Of a DNA stretch of 64,000 nt, positions 55,689 to 64,000 are shown piece by piece. The notes under the pieces are model-generated. The model saw only the letters and a program-made list of their open reading frames with translations. It was not told where the DNA came from and did not search any database. Location: positions 64,001-128,000 of the forward strand of contig CBDESZ010000016.1 of assembly GCA_965242725.1 (NCBI GenBank), given 5' to 3'. The DNA comes from Alkalispirochaeta sp. (GTDB taxonomy: Bacteria > Spirochaetota > Spirochaetia > DSM-27196 > Alkalispirochaetaceae). Both the position numbers and the translations under genes were made by a program. The first letter of the stretch is position 1. Each line of letters opens with the position of its first letter.

Positions 55689-56702
55689 CTATTGAGCCAA
55701 AGACGCTGCCGCCGCCCGGACGAGATCAAGGTTGGCGATTTCGTCTGGAGTCAGTCCCGGTTCAATGGTCCCGGCACCTTCAAAGAAATCAATGGTATAT
55801 GCGAGATTCTCTTCGGTCAGTGCATTTGCGTTGAAAAGTCCTGAATCGACGTACCGCTGGGCCATCCCCTGCCATTCGTCCACCGTTCCGCCGAGATAAT
55901 TTGCCGCAAGTTCCGCGAGGTACGATGCGTCGTCGTTTATGAGTGCGTGCTGCTGAAGCAGTGCCCTCAAGTATAGTTGTACCGATTCAGGCGATTCGTT
56001 TACAAAATCGGCATTTGCATATATGGCGGATGGCCGAAGTCGGGAAAGATCTTCCGAGAAGTTGGCGAGAACATTAAAATCTCCTTCTTCCTGTTCAAGG
56101 TTCAACACTTCGCCAACACCGAGGGCCGTCGCACCTATTTCACCGGCAACCAATGCCTGATAACGAATTTCCGAGCCACCCAGCACGAGGTAGTCCGGTT
56201 CGATTCCGCTGCAATTCTCATTGATCCAGCTTCGCACCATGGCGGTTGCCACCGCACCTTCGCTGAAAATCCCAACCCGCTCTCCGTCCAGGTCGGCGCA
56301 TCGGGTGATATCGCCTTGTGAAGTCAGGACCCATGCATTTCCGACGACATCACCGATAACAGTGATGGGTGCACCCCGTTGTATGGCAACCAGCGCTGCC
56401 GTGATCGTTTCTCCTGATATATCAAACTCCCTGCGAATGAGACCTTCAATTGCGAGTTCCGGTTCCGCTACTTCCACCCAATCGACATCATATCCTTCTT
56501 CCTGGAGGGACTCGACGGCGGCCAGAATCGGTACGGCAGCAATATCCGGCTCCACAACCGCCACGGTAAAACTCACAGCGCTCATATCCCCGCCGTCGCC
56601 GTCACTCTCGCTCCTGCCGGACGCGAAAAGGGGTGACGCGATCAGTATCGCCAAAGTCACCAGACCGACCAACAGTGAAATCCGTCGTGTTCGATTACTC
56701 AT
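55689..56702 (-). CDS. NMT1/THI5-like ABC solute-binding protein
   Basis: Signal peptide, DLDGERVGI, ALVAGEIGA, FVNESPESV. Heads the ABC operon. Confidence 0.82.
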   Translation of the reverse strand: MSNRTRRISLLVGLVTLAILIASPLFASGRSESDGDGGDMSAVSFTVAVVEPDIAAVPILAAVESLQEEGYDVDWVEVAEPELAIEGLIRREFDISGETITAALVAIQRGAPITVIGDVVGNAWVLTSQGDITRCADLDGERVGIFSEGAVATAMVRSWINENCSGIEPDYLVLGGSEIRYQALVAGEIGATALGVGEVLNLEQEEGDFNVLANFSEDLSRLRPSAIYANADFVNESPESVQLYLRALLQQHALINDDASYLAELAANYLGGTVDEWQGMAQRYVDSGLFNANALTEENLAYTIDFFEGAGTIEPGLTPDEIANLDLVRAAAASLAQ

Positions 56703-56722
56703 AGTGCTCCTCCTTGAAAAAT

Positions 56723-56778
56723 ATAGAAAACGTTTTCTATGCTGTTTGTACCGTAACCCCCTTTTTCTGATCTGTCAA
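56723..56778 (-). promoter_or_regulatory. Promoter and perfect LacI-type operator for the ABC-amidohydrolase operon
   Basis: TTGACA(56778-56773)-N17-TACGGT, with the 18-bp palindrome ATAGAAAACGTTTTCTAT (56723-56740) just downstream. Confidence 0.85.
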
Positions 56779-56814
56779 ATTTTTTTCACGTGAATGTCAC
56801 CGGGAGGATCGTCA

Positions 56815-57852
56815 CTATATAAACAGGACGGATCCTCGTTCAATCAGACGCGGTTTCAGGAAAGGAGCACGTATCTGATCCTGTACCGAATCTTCGAGCG
56901 GCCGATCGTTTAATAGGCATTCCACGGCGTGGACTCCGGTTTCATAACGAAATGTATCGTAGGTTGTGAGCTGCGGCCGTACATATCGGCCTGCGACTGA
57001 GTTTCCTATTCCGACAATAGAAACGTCGTCCGGGACTCGTATACCTCGTTCTCCCAGCGTATGCATCGCACCCACGGCCATATTGTCGTTTCCAGCGCAC
57101 AGGGCGGTAAAAGAGCTCGTACGATTCAGCAATTGTTGACATGCCAGATCACCACCCTCCTCGCTGAAAGCACCGTAGGCGACTTCGGATTCGTCAAACG
57201 GCACCCCCCACTCTTCCATGGCGAGACGATACCCGCGAACATGTTCCTGACTGGTGATGACGTTGGAGGGTCCGGCAATAAACCCGATCTTTCGATGACC
57301 CGCTTTCAACAAATACTCGGTCATTCGTCTTCCCAGAGCACGGTGGTCGTAACTCAGACACGGTAATTCGATACCCTGCGGCGCTAGGGCAAGCACTTTG
57401 AGCCCCTCGGTATCCATTCGTTCGATCTGTCGCGACAGAATCTCCGTATATCGGGCGTCCGCAATACCACCGCCGGCAACAATGACGCCTCTCACGCGAT
57501 GCTGCCAAAGAAGCTCGTGATAGGCAAACTCCTTTTCCAGGCTGCGTCCTGTGTTGCATATGAAGGCAAGACACCCCTGTTCGAGGGAGCCTTCAGTCAC
57601 GCCCCGGGCAACCTGACCGAAAAAGGCAAACTGAATATCCCGGACTATCAGACCGATAACGTCGGTAGTCGCTCGTTTCAGGCTTTGGGCGGAACGGTTC
57701 GGCGCATATTTCAGCCGTTCCGCGGCATTGAGCACGCGATCGCGAAGTTCGGAAGACACCGGGTAATCGACATTATTCAGAACCCTGGAGACGGTGGTAA
57801 TCGAAACCCCTGCCTCCCTGGCAACGTCCCGTATCGATTGGCGTGGGGGCAA
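56815..57852 (-). CDS. LacI-family repressor
   Basis: SIRDVAREAGVSITTVSRVLN, YAPN..AQSL, VPDDVSIVG. Probable TTG start at 57852 after AGGAGG. Confidence 0.92.
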   Translation of the reverse strand: MPPRQSIRDVAREAGVSITTVSRVLNNVDYPVSSELRDRVLNAAERLKYAPNRSAQSLKRATTDVIGLIVRDIQFAFFGQVARGVTEGSLEQGCLAFICNTGRSLEKEFAYHELLWQHRVRGVIVAGGGIADARYTEILSRQIERMDTEGLKVLALAPQGIELPCLSYDHRALGRRMTEYLLKAGHRKIGFIAGPSNVITSQEHVRGYRLAMEEWGVPFDESEVAYGAFSEEGGDLACQQLLNRTSSFTALCAGNDNMAVGAMHTLGERGIRVPDDVSIVGIGNSVAGRYVRPQLTTYDTFRYETGVHAVECLLNDRPLEDSVQDQIRAPFLKPRLIERGSVLFI

Positions 57853-57878
57853 TATGGACCTCCTGATTATCGTTCTCA

Positions 57879-57896
57879 ACGGAAACCGTTTTCTAT
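57879..57896. promoter_or_regulatory. Second LacI-type operator (autoregulation)
   Basis: ACGGAAACCGTTTTCTAT, sharing the CGTTTTCTAT half-site with 56723-56740. Confidence 0.7.
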
Positions 57897-58358
57897 AAGG
57901 ATAGAGAATGACCGTTCGCAACGCAAGTGTACGGATAACACCGTTCAATTAATCATTTGAAGAGTTGCCTTTCTAAAAATCCACAAGAATGAACTTTTGT
58001 ATACACGCCAACTTCATTGTGGAGACGTAGTCGAAACGTATCCCCGGAAATGCTATGGAACTGACCCCCGTAGATATTCACAAAATACCACTGTAGACAA
58101 GAGCCCGTTACCCATTCAGACATACAGAGAACCCGGAGATAGAAGTGTCGGAAAAGGGGGAAATCTGATCGCCTGTCATCTCGGTCGCGTCTACCATCGA
58201 TGCCGAGTATTAAATACCGTTCTTTCAGCAGGGCCGGCTCGTTGTTCACAAGACGGCCTATTTTCCCACAACGGTTATTACCCGGATTGAATGGGCGCAA
58301 AGTGTATTTTCGTCACATTGTTCGTTCTGTACTCGGGATATCTACAACTTCTGCAACA

Positions 58359-59465
58359 TCATTCCATACACTGCCCACTGGCCGGCGGCATACACAACAA
58401 TACCTCCAGAGGCTCCCTGCCGGTACTGATCCACTCCACAGGTGAACCGGAAAAAGGCAGAAAGAGCTCATCGGCACGGGAAATCTTCAGCTCACCCCCG
58501 TTACTGCGCAGAAGACCGGAGCCGGATACGACAACGGCTGTGAGGAAGGTTTCTTCCGGAGGTACAACGCACCGTTCGGTCACGACGAGACTGTCCATCG
58601 CGAAAAACGGCGTATCGGCGAGGGATATCAGAGCCCGACGACTATGTCCCTCCGTTTTCTCCAGGACCCGCGGCACTTTTCGCGCCCTCACCATGATTTC
58701 GTCGGGCGTATAACCGTCATAGTGGAAGCAGTCATACATTTTTTCGTACCCGATCCCCTGATGATAGACCTCTTCGGGATACGGTTCCGATCCATTTGTC
58801 ATCTTTTCGACGCGAAAGGTAATGTCCGTCGGTTCCTGTACTTCCGCAAGGAGACATCCCGATCCGATTGCATGGGGAGTTCCACTTTCCACAAGAAATA
58901 CGTCGCCCCGCTGTACAGGGATCCTGTGGAGAGCCGACTCCAGCCCGGGGATGTCCTGATCGGCGGCAAGTTGTTCCCATCGCTCCCGTGTGATACCCGG
59001 TTTGAATCCCAGGAGAATGTAGGGATCCTCGCCGTCAATGACTCTCGTATCGATGATGTACCACGCCTCTGTTTTTCCCCAGGGCGAACCGAAATACTCC
59101 CGCGCCTTTTCGCGGGTCGGATGGGTCTGAATGTTCAACCGCTTGTCGGAGTCTATCAGCTTGGTGAGAAAGCCGGGGTTTTCACCGAACTCCGCGACGT
59201 GGTTCGGTCCGAGGTGCCCTGCCGGATCGTCACTGATCACATCCCGCAAAAAGCGACCGTCGTGACGGCCCCCGTTGACGATGCTCAATCCCGTGTCGGG
59301 ATCCGGTGCGTAGCGGGAAGTCGTAGTCGAAGCGACCCACTCCTCCGGTTTATTGCCGTCTGCGGCGGGACGTACTCCCTGCCATTGGTCGAGCAGTTTC
59401 CCGCCCGTATAGGTTCTCACTACGCGATTGTGGTGCAGCTTCATTGGGTGTTCTTGGAACGACAT
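58359..59465 (-). CDS. Class I mannose-6-phosphate isomerase-like cupin
   Basis: LTKLIDS..RLNIQTHP, GKTEAWYI, GTPHAIG, EVQEPTDITFR. Confidence 0.85.
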   Translation of the reverse strand: MSFQEHPMKLHHNRVVRTYTGGKLLDQWQGVRPAADGNKPEEWVASTTTSRYAPDPDTGLSIVNGGRHDGRFLRDVISDDPAGHLGPNHVAEFGENPGFLTKLIDSDKRLNIQTHPTREKAREYFGSPWGKTEAWYIIDTRVIDGEDPYILLGFKPGITRERWEQLAADQDIPGLESALHRIPVQRGDVFLVESGTPHAIGSGCLLAEVQEPTDITFRVEKMTNGSEPYPEEVYHQGIGYEKMYDCFHYDGYTPDEIMVRARKVPRVLEKTEGHSRRALISLADTPFFAMDSLVVTERCVVPPEETFLTAVVVSGSGLLRSNGGELKISRADELFLPFSGSPVEWISTGREPLEVLLCMPPASGQCME

Positions 59466-59496
59466 CGGTAGGTATCTCTCCTTGCTCTGATTCGGA

Positions 59497-60795
59497 TTAC
59501 ATGAATTGCGGTACGATGAGACGGGGAAGGAAGAGCACGATATCCGGAAACAATGCAAGCAGAATAAGAATTCCGAGCATCGGCAGCAGAATGATCGTGA
59601 CGTCTTTTAATACACTGTGTACCTGCTCCTCTCCGATTCGGGACGTAATGAGCAGACACAGACCGTACGGCGGCGTCACCAGCCCGAATGCGAGTGAGAC
59701 AATACCGATGATGGAGAAATGAATCGGATGGAGTCCCGCAGCCAGAGCGACGGGATACAGGATGCTCCCCATGATGATGATCGCCGGAATTGCGTCGATG
59801 AACATGCCGACCACGAGGAACACAAAGGCAATCACCAGGGTAATCCCCGCCGGCCCCACCGGAAGGCGTTCGACAAAGCCGACCAGCGCCCGCGGGATTT
59901 GATGATAGGCCATCAGCCAGCTGAAGACGGAAGCCGTTCCCACGCAGAACAGGGCGATACCCGTGAGCTTTGCGGTCTCGATCAGGGTGGCCACAATCTT
60001 CGCACCGGAGAGAGAGCGATTGGCAATCCCGACGGCGAGGGAGTAGAGAACTGCGATTGCCGACGCTTCGGTGGGCGTAAAGAAGCCGAAGGCGATACCC
60101 CCGATAATAATGACCGGCGTCATGAGACCGGGTATCGCGTCCAACGCGGCGACGAAGAACTCCTTCAGCGTTGCCCGCTCGTAAATCGGATAATTGTATT
60201 TTCTGGCATAGACATAGACGGTAACCATCATGGACAGCCCCAGGAGAATCCCCGGTACGATACCCGCGAGAAAGAGGGATCCAACGGAAATGGACATGGT
60301 ACCGCCCCAGATCAGCATAAGGATGCTTGGGGGTATAATGACGCCCATCACCGCGGAACACGCAGTGATGGCAATCGAAAACTTCCGATCGTATCCCTGA
60401 TCGATCATCGCGGGAATCAGCACCTTTCCTATGCCGGCGGCGTCTGCGTTGGATGATCCGGAAATACCGGCAAACAGCATTGAAACAAACACGTTGATAT
60501 GACCGAGACCGCCGGGGAAATGTCCCACCGTCACCCGTGAAAGATTGATCAGCTTCCGGGTAATACCGCTTTCATTCATCAGATTTGCCGCGAGGAGAAA
60601 AAACGGAACCGACAGCAACAAAAAGGAGTTATAGGAAATGTACGTCCTGTCGATGAGCGCAAAGAACGAAACGCTGTCGGTCAACAAAATGACCGGTACC
60701 GATGCGAGGCCGAGTGCAAATGCCACCGGTATTCTGAGAAATACCAGGACCAAAAAACCGCCAAAAAGTAATAACGCTATTCCCAAAGGGCCCAT
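59497..60795 (-). CDS. dctM: TRAP transporter large permease
   Basis: VPFFLLA, FAGISGSS.ADAA, IIPPSI, FTPTEAS, VTPPYG. Confidence 0.93.
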   Translation of the reverse strand: MGPLGIALLLFGGFLVLVFLRIPVAFALGLASVPVILLTDSVSFFALIDRTYISYNSFLLLSVPFFLLAANLMNESGITRKLINLSRVTVGHFPGGLGHINVFVSMLFAGISGSSNADAAGIGKVLIPAMIDQGYDRKFSIAITACSAVMGVIIPPSILMLIWGGTMSISVGSLFLAGIVPGILLGLSMMVTVYVYARKYNYPIYERATLKEFFVAALDAIPGLMTPVIIIGGIAFGFFTPTEASAIAVLYSLAVGIANRSLSGAKIVATLIETAKLTGIALFCVGTASVFSWLMAYHQIPRALVGFVERLPVGPAGITLVIAFVFLVVGMFIDAIPAIIIMGSILYPVALAAGLHPIHFSIIGIVSLAFGLVTPPYGLCLLITSRIGEEQVHSVLKDVTIILLPMLGILILLALFPDIVLFLPRLIVPQFM

Positions 60796-60798
60796 AGG

Positions 60799-61323
60799 TT
60801 ACCTCTCACTTTCCTGAAGTATCGTGGTGAACAACTGATCCAGAAGAAACAGGACACTTAAAAACCCGAAAAGGGGAATTGCCGCGCCAACCCAGAGCAT
60901 CGAAATCTGGGCGATGTCTGAAATGTCATAGAGGAGTACCATCGCGTAGCTGAAACCGCGATACATAAAAATCCACGCAATGGAACCCATCCCCAGGATC
61001 ACAAAGATGTTCCACGCCGTTCGCAGCGTGCGCGAGTGGGGATCCCGGAAAATGTTGACGACAAAATGGGTGGTTTCCTTCACGCCGACCGATGCTCCGA
61101 TAAAAATCAGCCAGATCAACAAAAAGCGGGATATCTCTTCCGTCCAGAGCATGTAGGGTAAGAATGGAATAAACCGTCCCATGACCTGCAATGAGACAAT
61201 CAACACCAATGCGGCGAGAAGTACCGTAATGATGAAAACAAGGGCGCGATGGAGGTGTCCCATCGCCTTTCGGTACAGGGTTACCGCAGAGAACCCCGCA
61301 GATTGCTTTTGTAACTGCTTCAC
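60799..61323 (-). CDS. dctQ: TRAP transporter small permease
   Basis: WTEEISRFLLIWLIFIGA, four TM segments. Probable GTG start at 61323. Confidence 0.9.
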   Translation of the reverse strand: MKQLQKQSAGFSAVTLYRKAMGHLHRALVFIITVLLAALVLIVSLQVMGRFIPFLPYMLWTEEISRFLLIWLIFIGASVGVKETTHFVVNIFRDPHSRTLRTAWNIFVILGMGSIAWIFMYRGFSYAMVLLYDISDIAQISMLWVGAAIPLFGFLSVLFLLDQLFTTILQESER

Positions 61324-61413
61324 ACTAATTCTCTTTCCTCGTCCAGGGGCAGAACGATGAACCGCACCCCCCGAGCGGCGGTGCGGTTCCCTGCGCGTCA
61401 TGTATGACTGAGC

Positions 61414-62457
61414 TTACTGTACGGCCTGGATCGCTTCGTACAGCTCCTCAAATCCCGACTCTTCCACATAGTTCATCAGAGCAGGACGTGCCCGTTCACG
61501 GAACTCCGCCTTGTCGGCGTCGGAAAAGGGGTGAGCCGTCGCGAGACCCTCTTCGACAAGTTCGCTGAGTTGTCGGTTCGCCATGTCAATTTCATACTGC
61601 GAGCCATATTCACCCGCCTCGGCGCCCGCCTTGAGTACCGCTTCCTGAAGAACCGGGGACAGGCTCTGAAAGGTCTTTTCCGAGATAAAAAGGGGACGAA
61701 CGGTGATTGAATGCTCGTTCTGGGTGTAATGGGGTGCGACTTCAAAGAAGCGCATCTGTGCGTATCCGACCTTCTCGTTTTCAAGGCCGTCAATCACACC
61801 GGTCTGAATGGCGCTGTATACCTCGTCGTAGGCGATGACCGAAGGAGACGCACCAACGGCTGAAAAGACCTCAGCCCAGATCGGCGCTCCCTGGACACGC
61901 AGCTTGAAGCCCTGAAGCTCTTCCATATTGCGGATCGGATAGTTCGAAATGATGCTGCGGCTGGCGCCACCGGCGTAGCCGATCGGCCGGATGTTGGCTC
62001 GTTTAATGATCTCTTCCGAGATTTCATCAAAGAGCGAACTTTCGAGAACCGCGTTGCGGTGTTCGATGTCCCTGAAGAGCAGAGGCATGTCGACGATCGC
62101 GATTCGGGGAACCCGCTGGGCGATATGGGCGGGTGCAATAATCGCAAGATCAACGGACTCACCCTGGCTCATGAATCTGAGGTAATCGGACTCAATTCCG
62201 AGAGAACGGTCCAGGTTCATGTTCAGTTCCACCGTCGCTTCATCCTGGTACTCATTCACCAGCTCTTCAAATTTGACGAGCGTCTGGGTGAAGGGATGAT
62301 CCATGCCGAACATGGACGCAGCATTGAGAACGATCACCTGATTCTCCCCGGCATCACCGGCCGCTTCACCCTGTCCGGCCCCGAAAAGAAACGCCGGAAA
62401 GAGCACAAACGCTGCGACGGCGACCAGCACCATGCGGCGCATTGTCTTAATTGTCAT
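61414..62457 (-). CDS. dctP: TRAP transporter solute-binding protein
   Basis: LQGFKLRV, EVYSAIQTGVIDGLEN, FFEVAPHY. Confidence 0.9.
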   Translation of the reverse strand: MTIKTMRRMVLVAVAAFVLFPAFLFGAGQGEAAGDAGENQVIVLNAASMFGMDHPFTQTLVKFEELVNEYQDEATVELNMNLDRSLGIESDYLRFMSQGESVDLAIIAPAHIAQRVPRIAIVDMPLLFRDIEHRNAVLESSLFDEISEEIIKRANIRPIGYAGGASRSIISNYPIRNMEELQGFKLRVQGAPIWAEVFSAVGASPSVIAYDEVYSAIQTGVIDGLENEKVGYAQMRFFEVAPHYTQNEHSITVRPLFISEKTFQSLSPVLQEAVLKAGAEAGEYGSQYEIDMANRQLSELVEEGLATAHPFSDADKAEFRERARPALMNYVEESGFEELYEAIQAVQ

Positions 62458-62635
62458 ATACAATCCTCCTGATATTGATATGTCATTATCGGGCCAAATG
62501 TATGATCCCGCAAGGAAAAAATTCGACTGAACACAATTTTGTGTCGATTACAGCCTCTCAAACCGGCAAAAAGTGGTCGTTGACACGGAAACAGGTCCCC
62601 GGCAGCTTGCCACCTCGGGATTTAGATATGACAAT
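62450..62635. promoter_or_regulatory. Repeated operator-like motif between dctP and the GntR regulator
   Basis: ATTGTCATATACAAT (62450-62464, 5-5-5 inverted repeat) and TTTAGATATGACAAT (62621-62635) share ATATGACAAT in opposite orientation. Confidence 0.55.
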
Positions 62636-62682
62636 AAGTCGGTCGGCGGGATGCCACATGTTGTCGGCAATCGAGGTAGATA

Positions 62683-63873
62683 TTGAACGATAAGACAAAG
62701 TCGCCACTGTACGACAGGATATTTCAGGCTCTGGAGAAACGGATAATTGATGGAACGTATCCGGAAGGTGCCCGCATCCCGACTGAAAAACAGCTCATGG
62801 AGGAGTATCGTACGAGCCGAATCACCGCGATGCGGGCGGTGAAAGAACTTGAAAATCGGGGATATGTGAGCCGTGTACGCGCCAAAGGAACCTTTGTGAA
62901 TACCCGGACTCACTGGAAAGAGAACAACGGAGGGTCCGTATACGCGGTAAAGCCGCTTGTCGCAATCGTGTTTCCCGCACCGGTTACGAAGGTCGCCCTG
63001 AACATGGAGGTCCTCCAGGGGGTTGAAGCGGCGTGTCGTCAAATGGGATATACCCTTTCGGTGACAAGTATCGATATCGAGGAAAGCCCCGAGACGGGAC
63101 CCCTTGATATGGAGAAAAACCTGATCGGCGAAATCATTGAGAGCGGCGCGGTCGGCGCGATTATCTATCCATATTCGACCAGAAGCAGTCAGGAGATGTA
63201 CAACCGGATGATTGTGAGGTCCTTTCCCTTTGTTCTCGTCGACCGGCGCGTGTTCGGCGTTGATGCATCGGTTGTCGCCTCGGACAACAGGGGCGGATTT
63301 TACTCAATCGTGAAACACGTGATATCCCGGGGTCACCGGCGCATCGCCTTTGTCTCCGGAGACACCTTTGAGTCAAGCAGTCGCAGCGACCGCTTCCACG
63401 GCTACGTACAGGCAATGAACGACCACAAGATCCTGATAGCCGATGAACTCATCGTCCATGACCTTGTTCCCTTTGACTATAATTACGTCTTTTACGATCA
63501 GGAAGTTGCCGGGTCCGAGTCGCTCCGGGAATCCATCAGGGCGATGCTGACCCGCTTCACCGCTCTTTCCGAGCCGCCCACGGCGATCGCCGCAACCAAC
63601 GATTACATCGCATTGAACATCGTAAAGCTCGCCCGGGAGATGGGGATTCGTGTACCCGAAGATCTTTCCGTCACGGGTTTCGACAATCTCTCGATGTGCT
63701 CCCTGGTAAGCCCGCGGCTTACAACGGTGTCACAGCCCTTTGTCCAAATGGGCAGCGGGGCGGTTGAGTTGCTTGATAAACACATCAAGGACCCCACCAA
63801 GACGACGGAGATCGTATCGCTCCCGACGACGCTGATTACGGGAGAATCGGTTGCGGAGCTGCACGGATCCTGA
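62683..63873 (+). CDS. GntR-HTH plus LacI-type sensor regulator (AraR-like)
   Basis: IPTEKQLMEEYRTSRITA...KGTFV; C-terminal GHRRIAF, VPEDLSVTGFD, LTTVSQP. Confidence 0.9.
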   Translation: MNDKTKSPLYDRIFQALEKRIIDGTYPEGARIPTEKQLMEEYRTSRITAMRAVKELENRGYVSRVRAKGTFVNTRTHWKENNGGSVYAVKPLVAIVFPAPVTKVALNMEVLQGVEAACRQMGYTLSVTSIDIEESPETGPLDMEKNLIGEIIESGAVGAIIYPYSTRSSQEMYNRMIVRSFPFVLVDRRVFGVDASVVASDNRGGFYSIVKHVISRGHRRIAFVSGDTFESSSRSDRFHGYVQAMNDHKILIADELIVHDLVPFDYNYVFYDQEVAGSESLRESIRAMLTRFTALSEPPTAIAATNDYIALNIVKLAREMGIRVPEDLSVTGFDNLSMCSLVSPRLTTVSQPFVQMGSGAVELLDKHIKDPTKTTEIVSLPTTLITGESVAELHGS

Positions 63874-64000
63874 TTGACGGGGACCCTCAGTCCGCACTTC
63901 GCCGCAGAATACCCCGTATCGGTTGTCTTTCCATACACCCGATACGTATCATTACAATCATGAATATCGGTGACATCGCGACCACCGTTCTGATACTTAT

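Noticed and set aside
57953..58350. Short ORFs in the low-GC gap between lacI and the PMI-like gene
   Set aside because: No motif, RBS or consistent frame recognised. It may be a decayed remnant but cannot be supported.

Overview
A 64-kb GC-rich bacterial window, probably from a Spirochaetaceae-like organism. That taxonomy is inferred from the 'F-A-x-G-x-x-E' N-termini of its solute-binding proteins and the gene content. Left to right: (1) 1-9550, a decaying Rhs polymorphic-toxin array on the minus strand. It holds an N-terminally truncated Rhs core, at least four toxin tips and five putative immunity genes, cut by IS66 and IS3 remnants. Three of its coding segments are absent from the ORF track: a NADase-type glycan-binding-domain gene at the edge, a Tox-REase-9 nuclease tip and a 24-aa toxin tail. 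(2) A type II toxin-antitoxin module. (3) 10.3-18.7 kb, a sugar-phosphate-utilisation (SPU-type) bacterial microcompartment operon: BMC-H, 2 BMC-T, 4 BMC-P, acylating aldehyde dehydrogenase, RpiB and DeoC with an encapsulation peptide. It has a consensus sigma70 promoter overlapped by a DeoR-type operator, an upstream deoR, and trailing GNAT and CDF genes. (4) dppABCDF, crcB-DUF190 and pstSCAB-phoU with four 11-bp-spaced Pho-box-like repeats. (5) MFS transporters, small regulators, an orphan ECF sigma factor and a frameshifted LysR divergent from a gap gene. (6) A seven-gene MoxR/DUF58/vWA membrane cluster and an apparently POTRA-less Omp85-like barrel. (7) A LacI-controlled NitT/TauT ABC plus amidohydrolase unit and a GntR/LacI-controlled TRAP plus phosphomannose-isomerase-like unit. 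No rRNA, tRNA or CRISPR array was seen. All family calls are by motif recognition, not database search.
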